Shown here piece after piece: positions 32,625 to 45,890 of a stretch of 64,000 nucleotides of DNA. The position numbers and the translations under genes are program-made. Position 1 is the first letter of the stretch, and the number at the start of each line of letters is the position of its first letter. The stretch comes from Macrostomum lignano (Eukaryota), in NCBI GenBank assembly GCA_002269645.1, contig NIVC01001979.1, forward strand, positions 124,001 through 188,000, read 5' to 3'. A model generated the notes under the pieces. It did no database searches. It saw nothing but the letters and a program-made list of their open reading frames with translations, and was not told the origin of the DNA.

Positions 32625-33050
32625 ACTCTCACAGAATGGCAGCTGCCCCACCCGAAGGCTTAAATACTCTCACAGAATGGCAACTGCCTCACCTGAAGGC
32701 TTAAATACCCTCACAGAATGGCAACTGCCTCACCTGAAGGCTTAAATACCCTCACAGAATGGCAGCTGCCTCACCTGAAGGCTTAAATACCCTCACAGAA
32801 TGGCAACTGCCTCACCTGAAGGCTTAAATACTCTCACAGAATGGCAGCTGCCTCACCTGAAGGCTTAAATACCCTCACAGAATGGCAACTGCCTCACCTG
32901 AAGGCTTAAATACCCTCACAGAATGGCAACTGCCTCACCTGAAGGCTTAAATACTCTCACAGAATGGCAACTGCCTCACCTGAAGGCTTAAATACCCTCA
33001 CAGAATGGCAACTGCCTCACCTGAAGGCTTAAATACAGAATGGCAGCTGC
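32625..33050. repeat. 41-bp minisatellite GAAGGCTTAAATACCCTCACAGAATGGCAACTGCCTCACCT
   Basis: About 10 tandem units. Confidence 0.95.
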
Positions 33051-33474
33051 CACATCTGGACAAGAATATAAAAAAGAAACTTCGACAAAAATTAATGTTA
33101 AATTTGTTGCAAGAGAAAATCTTTACCCGAAAAATATTTCTTGTCGATTCGTTCGTTCAAGCTTAAACATTTATTATTTTCAATTTATGTTGTTAAATAA
33201 TAAGCTGAACACCGGATTGCTACTTATAGTAGCTAATTAGAATTTGCAAACTGCCGACAGTCAAATGCATATATATGAACTGCAATATAGCAAGTGGACA
33301 GGTAAGCAGGCATATTTAATCTCATAATTGCAGAAAAAAGTTTAATAAAGTTCATTTAACCAAGCAAGTTTAATTAAAGTAGGCAAAAAACGCTAGATTT
33401 AAGCTACCAATTCGGTTAATTATTGCTTTTAGTAGACTACTGACAATTTCTTGCCTACTGAAGAGATTCGAGTT

Positions 33475-34030
33475 TTGCTCCTAGAAGAAGAAATTCAACA
33501 GTTGTGCTCCTAGAAGAAGACATTCAATAGTTGTGCTCCTAGAAGAAGACATTCAACAGTTGTGCTCCTAGAAGAAGACACTTAACAGTTGCGCTCCTAG
33601 AAGAAGACACTCAACAGTTGTGCTCCTAGAAGAAGACACTTAACAGTTGCGCTCCTAGAAGAAGACACTCAACAGTTGTGCTCCTAGAAGAAGACACTTA
33701 ACAGTTGCGCTCCTAGAAGAAGACACTCAACAGTTGTGCTCCTAGAAGAAGACACTTAACAGTTGCGCTCCTAGAAGAAGACATTCAACAGTATTGCTCC
33801 TAGAAGACATTCACCAGTTGCGCTCCTAGAAGAAGACATTCAACAGTTGTGCTCCTAGAAGACACTCAACAGTTGTGCTCCTAGAAGAAGACACTTAACA
33901 GTTGTGCTCCTAGAAGAAGACACTTAACAGTTGTGCTCCTAGAAGAAGACATTCAACAGTATTGCTCCTAGAAGACATTCACCAGTTGCGCTCCTAGAAG
34001 AAGACATTCAACAGTTGTGCTCCTAGAGGA
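33475..34030. repeat. 29-bp minisatellite CTCCTAGAAGAAGACACTCAACAGTTGTG
   Basis: Tandem units. Confidence 0.95.
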
Positions 34031-34103
34031 GATTCGACAGTCCTGCTACTAAAAGAACCCCGGCAGAAAGCGCAGTGAAACACACGAGAGCCGCAGCAAC
34101 CAA

Positions 34104-36117
34104 TCACCGAGTCAGCTTGGCAGCCGCCCGATCCTGAGCCAGCTGGAAGGCACGCAGCCGGTGCAGCCAGGCTGACCAGGCCGGCAGCAGCTGGTCGACG
34201 CCCAGCCGAAGGCAGGCGGCCGGCGAGCCGTCCGGATAGGCATAGACCAGAATAGCCGAATCAACTGGCGGCAAGCTATCCTCGTTGCCATGACAACAGC
34301 GCCGCATTTGATTAAGCGCGCCCAGATACGAGGCCAACTGCAGCGGCGCATCGTAGGCATCTTTCAGGCCAGCAATTTTGCGTTCGTGCGCCGTTTTCCA
34401 TTCGATCAGCAGCTCCGGCCGCTGCCTTCCGCTGTTGACGTCGCCTTCGTCTGGGCGCAGTCGAGCCAGGCAATCAAGTCGGCCTTTGTAGCCCAGCTGC
34501 TGGTGGACCACCAGCGCCTCCTGCGACTGCACGGATTCAACTGTACGCAGAATCTGTAGGGTTTGCAGATATATGGGGTACAATTTTGCAGAAAGAATTG
34601 CGAGCAGAATATGTGCTATAACATGAGGGGTCTTTGTTTAGTGCAGAAGATTCACATCCCTGAGTCTTTGTACATTTAGGAGATTCCCATCATATAGTCT
34701 TTGTCCGGTGGAGATTCCTGCTATATAGTCTTTGTCCAGTGGAGATTCCTGTCATATAGTCTTTGTCCAGTGGAGATTCCTGTCATATAGTCTTTGTCCA
34801 GTGGAGATTCCTGTCATATAGTCTTTGTCCAGTGGAGATTCCTGTCATATATTCTCTGTCCAGTGGAGATTCTTGTCATATAGTCTCTGTCCAGTGGAGA
34901 TTCCTGTCATATATTCTCTGTCCAGTGGAGATTCCTGTCATATAGTCTTTGTCCAGTGGAGATTCCTGTCATATAGTCTTTGTCCAGTGGAGATTCCTGT
35001 CATATAGTCTTTGTCCAGTGGAGATTCCTGTCATATATTCTCTGTCCAGTGGAGATTCTTGTCATATAGTCTCTGTCCAGTGGAGATTCTTGTCATATAG
35101 TCTTTGTCCGGACTATTCATATAGTCTTTGTCCAGTTAAGGATATTCGCGTCATTTAGTCTTTATTCCAGTTGACTATATTGACTAGATTAGGGGTCTTT
35201 TTCAAATAAAAGAGAAACGCTAGGCGTCGTAGTCATTTTTGAGTGACGGTAGGTCTCGATGTTAGCGATGCGGTGTGTATCTAAGTGATAATTATGACTC
35301 GATAGTCTATTGAAGGTGCTAAAGAATATTTGATTTGGTGAATGTCTCATGAGGTCCTTAGTTGATGGGTGTCACCGAGTCCTCGTATTTCACAGCAGCG
35401 ATTAAAGGCTCTAGTTAAACGAAAAAATAATCAGCCCCATACATGCGCAACCTCCAAATTTCGGTCGGCCGTGCGACTTAGTTTTAACAAAAATGCGACG
35501 TAGTTTTTGGCCAAAAATGCGACTTACATGTAAAAAACCCGAAAGCAAAATTAACGCAACTTTGGGTAAACGGCAGGAGTAACTATGACTGTCTTATAAA
35601 GCCTCGTCAGCTACTTAGTACTACTACTCTGTTTTTTCGGGTCGGCATTTTTGCGACTTCCTTGGTTGGCCGCCAAATCGGTCGGCCGGATCGGCCAACT
35701 CGGCCGACTGTTGCGCATGTATGATCAGCCCCCAGCCAGACTCACTGGCAGCACAGATTGAAAGAAGCCGGCCACTTCAGCCTCTGGCTGGGCGTCGCCA
35801 GACTCCAGATAGCTCCAGATGCTGCGGTGCAGCTGCGTGCCAGCCGACAGCAACCCGGCCCTGTAACGGGCGAATCCTTCGGGCCCGAGAGCCTCCTGCT
35901 TCTTGCGCAACCACCGAGCGAGAGCGATGGCGCTTTCTGGCGGCCGGGTCCTGTCCAGCACGGTGGTGACGCTGGGCAGACTGGCCGACTGTCCGTCAGT
36001 GTCCGACTGCGGTGGCACCGCTGCGCCTAGAAATGGATAGTCCTCGGTGCCAGTTGAGCACAGCGACCGTCGGCTGCTGCTCAAGCAAACGGCGCGGATT
36101 AACCGAGAGAGAATCAT
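34104..36117 (-). CDS. MGME1: Mitochondrial genome maintenance exonuclease 1 (PD-(D/E)XK); exons 36117-35746 and 34553-34104, 273 aa
   Basis: Arg/Ser-rich transit-like N-terminus, LPSVTTVL, GYKGRLDCLA, IEWKT, DAPLQLASYLGALN and VYAYPDGSPA. Phase-0 GT-AG intron. Confidence 0.9.
34690..35135. repeat. 31-bp minisatellite GTCCAGTGGAGATTCCTGTCATATAGTCTTT (MGME1 intron)
   Basis: Tandem units. Confidence 0.95.
35564..35619 (+). pseudogene. Short 28S rRNA-derived fragment (R2 / I-PpoI target region)
   Basis: GGGTAAACGGCAGGAGTAACTATGACTGTCTTA-TAAA-GCCTCGTCAGCTACTTAGT compared with conserved 28S GGGTAAACGGCGGGAGTAACTATGACTCTCTTAAGGTAGCCAAATGCCTCGTCATCTAATTAGT. Confidence 0.75.
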
Positions 36118-36789
36118 GAATTAGAAAGCAATCTAGAAGAGGTAAAAGCAGTCAAAGACTTCCAGGAAAGAATACAACTTGCATCACTTGCAACGCCAAC
36201 TTATATAAACAAAAAAGCTATTAATTTTTTATACAACTGGAGCTCTCCTGCTCCACCTAACAAAAAATTGCTCCATGGCACATTTGCATATAAGCAAAAT
36301 TTAGTACAAAATAGTTTTAGTAGAGACATTATAATATAATTTAAGAGTTTATTCTCTAACTGGGCCTCTTACCTATTAATTCATATCTTTACACCAAATC
36401 ACTACCCATCCAACATCCAATTTTATTGCCTTATTTGGTGCTATAGACTTTTGTCGCCTACTGCTGCCATGTAAATTTTCAGTGGCATTTGAACTGATAT
36501 TTACAAGCCAGTCAAAATACCTTCATAAGCTCCTCCTACTAATAGTAATCAGCTAAGCAAATCAACATACCTAATTATGGGTGTCAAAACTTTGGTGTCT
36601 ACCACTTGAACGACTGTGCTGCTAAATGACTGCTTGACTACGATTACGACTACCCTCCCCCAGACTTGAGACCCCAGCAGCCAGAGTAAAACAGGAGAAA
36701 TTCATTGTGGTTTGTTTACACGATTTTTCTAAATTATTTGTGCAAACACAACGCCGGCAGAAATTCAAAGTTAAAACTGCCCCACTTCA

Positions 36790-39700
36790 TTGGTGTCAGC
36801 AAATCATCTAATCTACCAACCTACTTCTCTACCCCACCTCACTGGTAGACAGCTAAGTGGGATAACGAAATGCCGAGACCCCTTCAACAAGTCATTCAAA
36901 TGTTACGTTATGGCTTCTACTATTTCTATGGCTGCGAACGCAACAGCCAATGCTGCAGGTCCCAGCAATTTAATAACAAGACAAACATATGATGAGATGA
37001 TTTGCATGGTGACCAAAGAGGTATGACGGCGACTGGAGCAGACCAGCCTGGGCCAGCCGCAACACCATCATCATATATCACTACAACCTATCCTGCAGTT
37101 GTCAGGATGGAGCTGCCAGATAATCTAATGTGTGATGAGTTTAAACAACAATTGTCTGAATGCTTTATGCATATGGCTGACATGCTAGAGTACTGGGAGC
37201 AGTTCCAATACTGCCAGCAAAACAAGAACACTAGCCTGGTTCAGCAAGTAGCACCGCCACCAGCGAGACATGTCCGGGTTCTTGAGGATGATGACAGTCA
37301 GATGCCCACTGGGATGCAACATGACAGTACGAGGGGCACTACAGAAGTTTTTAGCTACACCTCAACTGTTTGTCCTATCAGATTAATTTTCATAGGCTTA
37401 CCTAGGACAATATATATGACCATGATGAATAAAATTTCACACAAATATCTTGCAGCATTTAGCCGCTAGAGCCAGATAACTTCAGCACCTCTGCCCACTT
37501 TCCAGTGGAGCTCATGGAACTGAATCGCGAGCACTTTGTGCCATGCTCTTCTATGATTATTGCAGCAGCCTTGATTACCGCCAGTGCCACGAAAGGCTGT
37601 CAGCGGCTTTCCCAGAAGCTGCTCTATCACTTGCGACCATCAGCAACTGGTTCTGTGAGTTTTGTTGTGGCCGAGACTCATTGGAAGATGAGGAGCGTAC
37701 AGGCCGACCTTCAACCGCCACAACACCAGTAACAGTGGCTTGTGTTTGCCAGCTGGTAGAAGCTGACCAGCGGATAACCTACAAAGAGATCGAGGCATCT
37801 CTGGGCATCCATTTGCCGGCCATTGCCAAAATCCTCCACGACCATATCGGCTTGCGCAAGCTGACCAGTCGTTGGGTGCCCCACCTGCTAAAGCCTGAGC
37901 AGAAGAGGGTCGACTGGTGCCACCAGATGCTGCAGAAGTACAGCGATGGAGCGTCTAAGGTGGTCGCCAACATCATAACATGCGACGAGACTTGGGTTTA
38001 TTGCTACGAGCCAGAGCACAAGTGCCAGTCGCAGGTGTGGGCGTTTCCAGACGAGGTGCCGCCAACGAAGGTTGTGCGAGGCAGGAGCACCGGCAAGCAA
38101 ATGGTCGCAACTTTTTTCTGTTGCTCAGGTCATGTGGCGACTGTGCGGCTGCTGGACCAGTGCAGGGTGACTGCGGCCCGGTATACCGGCATCTGCTTGC
38201 CACAGGTCATTCACAGCCTGAGCAGGACGCGTCCGAAGTCAGGTGTCCGAGGCCTGATGCTGCATTAGGACAACCCGAGCGCTCACACGGCTCAGGCAAC
38301 ACAGCAGTTCCTGCAGACTCAGGGACTGCAGCTGACCAGTCATCCACCATACTCGCCTGATCTGGCACTGTGACTTTTTTGTTCACTAAAGTTAAGGACT
38401 CGCTGCGTGGTTGCCGATTTTCGACTGCAGAGGAGGCTGCTGATGCATTTGACAAGATGGTGGAAGGGGTGTTGACTTCTGAGTGGCACCACTGCTTCGT
38501 CAACTGGTTTGAGAGGATGAGGCGCTGCATCCAGACTGGTGGAGAATTTGAGAAGCTGTGAAAATTTCAGCTTCATAGCTGCTTCCGTTTAGACGTAGCT
38601 AAAAACTTTTGTAGTGCCCCTCGTAAGTCATCTTGGCTGAGAAAAACTGGTTGCATGAAGTGATGGATCAATAAGCCAAGACTCTACAAAAGCAGCGGCG
38701 AATCCTGGAGACTTTGAGTAATGAGATGTGAGAGTTCTACTCATAGGGATCACGCGACAATGACAACCCGGAGCCATGGGAACCTGTTTGCCACCAGCCA
38801 CGGGACTCCTGGAGCAGCGCAAGCGATGTCTGGTGCCCTCAACTCCTTGCTACAGTGCCAATGGAAGCGCCCAATTCACAATACCCAGCACACGAATGGT
38901 GTCGCATCAACAGTTCTATCAACTTCAGCAACCACAAACAGTAGCAATCCACCACCAATAGGAGGTCAACATCAACAGTAGCAGCAGCAGCAGCAGCAGT
39001 CAAGTTGGGGATAGGGGGGCACCATTCACGTGTCGAACATTGGGTCCCTGTATGCCGACATGCAGCCACCATACCTAATGACTGCAATGGCTACTAATTG
39101 CCCCCCATATAGGCAGAGCATAACAGAGACAGAGGCAGAGTCAGAGTCACAGGCACAGAAGCAGAAGCCGACTTGAATAGCCTAGAGCTTAGGAGCATAC
39201 TGTGGCTTTGCAGAGGTGCGGACAAAGCCAACACCTGATGCGGCCAGCGACGCCGATGCCGCGCCCATACCACAGTAGACAAACCCAGGAAAGAGCCTGG
39301 ACAAGTACTCCGTATCCTGCAGATCAACTGCAATGGTCTCAGAGCCCGTCACATAGAGTTGTCCACGTGGCTCTACCAGGAGAAGCCTGTCGCGGTACTG
39401 GTGCAGGAATTGAAGCTCATGCCAGACCAGAGCTACAACCCGCCGACCAGGTACTGTGTTGCCACCCAATGCGATGGCGTCACCAAAACGACACAGAAAC
39501 AAGCCGACCAACCCACAAGCAGCTCCCCACAAGAGCCGAGACAGACGATGCGGATGGATCGAAACCAAGGCCGGTTCCTAGGCCAGGGGGCCGACATGTG
39601 ACGTGTCCAAAATGCCAACTGCGGTGGCCCGCCAACAAAACCGAGTGGTGCGGCGGCTGCCGAAGCGGCCACGCATGCTCCCGCTGCAACGAACCACAGA

Positions 39701-42290
39701 CGAATGACAGGGGCGGCCAGCGTGACAACAGGGATAGCCCACACAACCAAGCCCACGGAGGAACACTTATCTTGGTCCACTGCGATGTCCCATGCGAGAC
39801 GATCCCGCCACCCTGATTGCAGCGCATGGGCATTTTGAGCCTACAGTCAAGTTTCTGTTAGAGAAGGGATCACATGACAACATCCTAGGCTTTGAGTTCC
39901 TGGAAAAGTATAGCAACTCACTGGACCTTGCAGCTGGGATGTTGTTCTTCAAGGACAGCAATGCCACACCACTTTGCTACATGCGAACTGAAGCTACCAC
40001 GTGCAGAATTTATACGGCTGAGAGCACAACCATGCCGCCACTATTGTCAGCCTGAATAAAAATCAAATTAGCAAAAGGATGAGAAGAAAATCAAGGGACA
40101 CCTGCCGTGATTGAGCTGCTAAAGCGGGCCCAACGCAAAGATGATGTGCAGCACCTACATGCTGGCCCTGCCTTAATATCTATGGTGAACAGAGAAGGCG
40201 CTATTGAAATGATTAACCAAGGTACAACATTGATTAAAGTGCAAGCAAATCCACTTGTCGGGATAGCAAGACCACTTTGACTGCCCAAATTAAAATGATT
40301 CCCACTGCTGAAGCCAGAAGCTTTAGTCAATCAGGTCCAAGATGAAGACCCTGACACTTGGATCAAGGAGATTGACATTGGCAAAGACCTGTTTAGTGAC
40401 TAGCATGCTCAAGTCATTGAGCTATTGAAGAAGTACAAGACCATCTTCTCCCAAGGTCACCTACAACATTGTGCTAAAGGACAGAGATCCTGTACATTTG
40501 CTGACACGAAGGATTCAGCCCAAGGTGTATCAGCTGCTTGACGATCTACTTGCCAAGGAAGTGATTCAACCAAGCTTCTCTAGCTACAACACCCCGCTGG
40601 TGATCATCCCAAAGAAGGATGGCAGCCTGAGAATTGTACAAGACTTCAGGAGTCTGAATCAGAAACAGGTATAATAAATTTTATGGTTAGACAAGCATTA
40701 TATAGTTTTTATATGAACAAATATGGATTATAAACAATCTTTTAACCAAGATCTTATCTAAAAATAGAGAATCCTGATACATTTTTTAAAACTGACGGTC
40801 GTTTTTTGAAACAAACGACTGTCAGTCAACGACCGTCATTTAAGAAAAAACGTGCAACACAGTTAAAGTTATCTAGTAAAATGTAATAATTGTTTGTAAC
40901 CGTTTATCTAGCTATTGTTTACTACAATTAATGAGTAATTGAGACAAAAACTTGCCTGATTCGCAGGAATCTTAAACTTAAGTTAAAAAGTTGGACACAT
41001 AAACTTTCACCAAAAACGACCGTCATTGAAAGTTTCTCTCTACTAGATCAACACAGTAAGACAAATGACTTTAGAATGTATCTCATCTCAATCTAGAGGT
41101 CACGCCCATTAATATAGAACTCACAAAGTCTCAATTTAGTTTGTCTTTTGTATGATTATTGATTATTATTTGCTCCAACCCAACGACCGTCATCTCGTGG
41201 AATTACCCGAGTACTTTCTATACCCAATACCAAATATCCAAGAAGCATTCCCCAGCCTCAAAGGAAGCTAGCTATTTAGCACATTCAATTTAAATAGCAG
41301 CTACTATCAGATTCCTCTGCATCTAGAAGACCAAGACCTGACTGCTTTCGCCATATGCTACACTGCAAACAATTCGCCTACAATGTTATGCCTATAGAAT
41401 TAAGCTCAGCACTAGCCAGTTTCATGTGACTCATGAATGCTATGCTCAATGGGATTGCTTACAAAAGTGCAATGGCCTATCTGGATGATGTCATTTATTC
41501 TGAGAAATTCACTGACTATCTACAATATATGTAAGAAGTTTTCGAATGAATACAGGAAGCTAATCTAAAGTTCAAAGGCAAGAAGTGCCACCTATTTTGG
41601 GCAAGTCTAAATTATCTGGGACATATAATAACTTAGGATGAATCAAGACTGACCTAGCAAAGATTGAGGCAATTCAAACCTGGCCGAAACCAAGAATGGC
41701 CCATCAACTTAAAAGCTTTGTCTGCACATGCACTTATTTATTATGCTAAATTTGTACCTGGCTATGCAGAACTTGCAGCTCTGCTCCACAATCTAATTAA
41801 AAAGAAAATCTGCAACTTCAATTGTTTATGGGGAAAAGCCTAACAAGATGCATTTAACCAGCTTAAGGCAGCTATAACTTAGATATCAGTGCTCACATAT
41901 CTGCAGTTCACTGAGGAATGAGGATCCTGGGGTAATATTTGTCTTATACATGGATGCTTTTGCAACCAAAATCAGAGCCTACCTGAGCCAATGCTAAGCT
42001 AACAAAGAAGAGTGCCCAATTGGCTATTCTTCCCAGCAACTCAAACTGGCCGAGGCCCAATATCCAATTATCAGATATCCTGTTATCTAATATCCGAGGC
42101 CCAACACTCCAAGGATTCAAGGATGAATGCATGGAGGAGGCTCAACATGAGGTAACTGATGAGGACCAAAGTAAACAGCCAGCCATGATATCTGGCACAG
42201 TGGTGCTAAAGGTCCACAATAGCAGCCACCCTAGCCCTCCACTGAGCAAGAAACTATCAACCTGCCAGAATCAACTTATTAGTGTTTAGG
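36790..42290 (+). mobile_element. Decayed Gypsy-type LTR retrotransposon internal region (gag-pro-RT-RNase H remnants)
   Basis: PBS-like TGGTGTCAG at ~36791, Cys-rich gag segment and protease-region ILGFEFL. RT motifs SSYNTPLVIIPKKDGSLRIVQDFRSLN and YLDD (~41480). Many stops. Interrupted by a mariner and an AT-rich insert (~40670-41210). No LTR pair found. Confidence 0.8.
37330..38623 (+). mobile_element. Mariner (DD34D) transposon, full length 1294 bp, inactive
   Basis: 28-bp TIRs CGAGGGGCACTACAGAAGTTTTTAGCTA (1 mismatch) and TA TSD. WVPHLL, TCDETW, H*DN and HPPYSPDLA motifs, with frameshifts and a stop. Confidence 0.96.
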
Positions 42291-44579
42291 CCTATCACAT
42301 CTATAGGTTTTTTGTCTTTTTGATAGCTTTTGATATGCAACTAGGCCTATGGGTTTTTTGAAAAGTATTCCAATAGGGCTAATCAATAAATTATATAATA
42401 ATCAATTAGATAGCTTTATTAGGAAATAATGATTGACAAATATTTTTTATAATATTGCCATGGCCATATAGGATGGCATTTTTATAATTTTAAAGGCCAA
42501 GGATATAAATTAAATATGTAAAATATTGTTAAAATTTAATACAATAGGTGAAAAGGGCCTAGCAATAGGATTTCTAGTTTTAGCATATGGCCATGGCCCA
42601 TAAGGAGTCTATATAGAATCAAAGCTTATTTGCCTTTTAATTATGAATATGACAATAGATCTATAATTATATATGCTTATGATTTAATTTTATGTTATGT
42701 TCTATCCTGAAATTAGCATTAGATTAAAGACCAGTGGGCCACATATTTAACTTAGCTTGAAGTGGTAAGGTCAAAACTATAACATAAGCAATTGTCAACT
42801 CAACCATGCAATATCAGCTTTGTCAACTGTTAGTTTCAATGGGTGCCAGTCAATTCGTCTTGCGCATTTTTTCCAGAATTATTTATGTAAACGCAGACGA
42901 ATGGCGGCAGACCAATCAACTGGAAACCGTTTTAATTAGGTTAAGATGTCTAGGTTTATGTTTTAATAATGGATTACTTGAGACTTATTTACAGATGAAT
43001 CTAATAAATTTGCTTTGGATCATTGGCTAAAATGAAGTTGAAATTATATAAAATAGAATATTTCGAATGCGATTTAAACAAAATATATTATTTATGAATG
43101 AAATTATGAGCTAAGCTGTTCAAGCGAGCTCCAAGGATCAAGGTTGAGGCGCGGCCAGCGGCCCGTGCGCGAGCCGTTTGCACGTTTTTATTAATTTTGA
43201 ATTTGCGCAAACCTTCTGGGAAAATGCAAATAACAAGAAAATAATTGCAAAACGCTTGCATTTTAAATATACTCAAAAACATTGAAAAGTCGCCACCTTT
43301 GAGAGTTCACAGTAAATTCTAGCTAAGAAATCACTTTTGAATGACGCAACTTGCGCACGCGACACAGAGTTGGGCTGGATGAGGCACCCGTGTCAGCAGT
43401 TTATACGCGAATTCAGCACAATTTTAGGTACGATAAACATGCATATCCTGCATGCTGGTTGCCTTTACTGCATGCTGGATACTCGTACATATTGCCTGCA
43501 CAATGACAAACAAACTAGTACCGTCTAAATTCAATATTGTAGCCTAATCACAACTGAATAGTATTGCTTTCTATTCGTTAATAAAAAACGGGAGTTAAAT
43601 ACATTTCACTGTACAGAGTTAGTTATTCCTAAAGCAACTTTCGATACATCATCAATTTTGAATATGCTTAATTTTGAGTACAAGTGCCAGCAGCAGGCTT
43701 GTTTGAGCTGACTGCGATCCCTAAAATACAGATATGGATATTAGATATGACTTAGGGGCCTAGCCTAGATAGATGGATCGTCAGAATATCATTAAAATAG
43801 ATCATATCATCATCGTTAGGCCTACTACCTGGTTCTGCCACACTGACTAGACTTAGACTAGACTAGAGTCTAGACCTATTCTATTGGTATAGAAAAATTA
43901 AAATCAAACTTGATGGGGTTGGGAAGCACATTGATCATTAAATATAGGCCTACCAAATAAATCAAGTTTTAATGCATGGGGATAATAATAAGCTTTTAAT
44001 ATCAAAGCATTTTATTTTTAAAACCAAACAAAAAGTAAATGGTTAATTTCTAGCATAAAAAGTTCATTAGGCTAGGCCTACATTTATAAAACAAGAATGT
44101 TTTGACTAAATTCTCATTTTTGTTATTTAAATTTTGTTTTTGCCCCTAAATTATTGTGGCCATAATCATAGATATTTTGTATCTAGACTTTTCTTTCCTG
44201 CAAACATTTATTTTATCAAAGGTTATATTATTATAATTATGATATATCTATATTTATATAGCATTAGGTAAGATTATGTTATTTAACCATTTTCATATTA
44301 TAGTTCTAAAAAATTATAAAATTTAATGGTTACTTATAATATAAATCTATGTTTATATGCTAGTTTTGTTAATTAATATTTGTTGCCTTGGATAGGTAAT
44401 TAACATGGTTAAATAATCTATGACCAAATTGGCTTAGGGGTAAAATAGTCTACAGGTGAAATTGTTTTAAATGCGAAATTTCCATAGCTAACATAGCTTA
44501 AGGGAATAATGACCAGTTATTTTTTAATATGTTTGCTAATTTGCTTTGTTTTTTTTACCCAAGAAACAAATTTTTTAGA

Positions 44580-45890
44580 TGCAGAATTATATACCCTTTA
44601 TACCCTCCCTATATTCTCCCTGTACCTTCCATACCCTTCATATACCCATCTTTATCTCTCTACATCCTCCATACCCCTTCCCTATACCCTAATGCTCTCT
44701 ATATACCCTCTGTACACTCCATACCTTCCTATACTCTCTATACTCTCCCTATATCTATCTATACCCTCCATACTCTCTATACTTTCCCTATACCCATTTA
44801 TACCCTCCCTATATACCTTCTCTGTACCTCCATACCCTCGCTATACCCTCCATACCCTTCCTATACCCTCCATACCCTTCCTATACCTTCCATACCCTCC
44901 ATACTTTTTCTATACCCACCCATGGCCTCCCTGTACCCTCTATGCCCTCCATATACCCTCAATACTCTCCCTATACCCTCCATACCCTTCTATACCCATT
45001 CATACCCTCCATATACCCTCCATACCATCCCTATACCCTCCATACCATTCCTATACCCTCCATACCATCCCTATACCCTCCATACCATCCCTATACTCTC
45101 CTTATAACCTCTCCATACCCTCCATACCCTCCATACTTTTTCTATACCCACCCATGGCCTCCCTGTACCCTCTATGCCCTCCATATACCCTCAATACTCT
45201 CCCTATACCCTCCATACCCTTCTATACCCATTCATACCCTCCATATACCCTCCATACCATCCCTATACCCTCCATGCCCTCCCTATACTCTCCATACAAT
45301 CCTGCTTTTCCTATACTTCTCCTTCCCGCGTTATACTTTTCCCTATCCAGCCTCTACTATCCCCTCTTTCCACCTCCAGCGCCTCCCCCTCTCTAGCCCC
45401 TACCCTCTCTTCCTTTACTTTCCAGCCCCCATCCTCTACTCCCCTCCAGCGCCCACCCTCTTCTCCCATCAGCCCCCACCCTCTCCTCCACTCCAGCGCC
45501 CTCCCTCTCCTCCACTCCAGCGCCCTCCCTCTCCTCCACTCCAGCGCCCTCTCTCTCCTCCACTCCAGCGCCCTCCCTCTCCTCCACTCCAGCGCCCTCC
45601 CTCTCCTCCACTCCAGCGCCCTCCCTCTCCTCCAGTCCAGCGCCCTCCCTCTCCTCCACTCCAGCGCCCTCCCTCTCCTCCACTCCAGCGCCCTCCCTCT
45701 CCTCCACTCCAGCGCCCTCCCTCTCCTCCACTCCAGCGCCCTCCCTCTCCTCCAGTCCAGCGCCCTCCCTCTCCTCCAGTCCAGCGCCCTCCCTCTCCTC
45801 CACTCCAGCGCCCTCCCTCTCCTCCAGTCCAGCGCCCTCCCTCTCCTCCACTCCAGGGCCCTCCCTCTCCTCCACTTCAGCGCCCACCCT
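44580..45890. repeat. ATACCCTCC-type low-complexity tract and 24-bp CTCCTCCACTCCAGCGCCCTCCCT repeat in the left arm (mirrored at ~51700-53000)
   Basis: Tandem units; source of the spurious LQRPPSPP and GVEEREGA ORFs. Confidence 0.9.

Noticed and set aside
35590-35612. CTGACGA on the minus strand as a hammerhead core
   Set aside because: No stem II-GAAA follows. It is simply the antisense of the 28S-like TCGTCAG.
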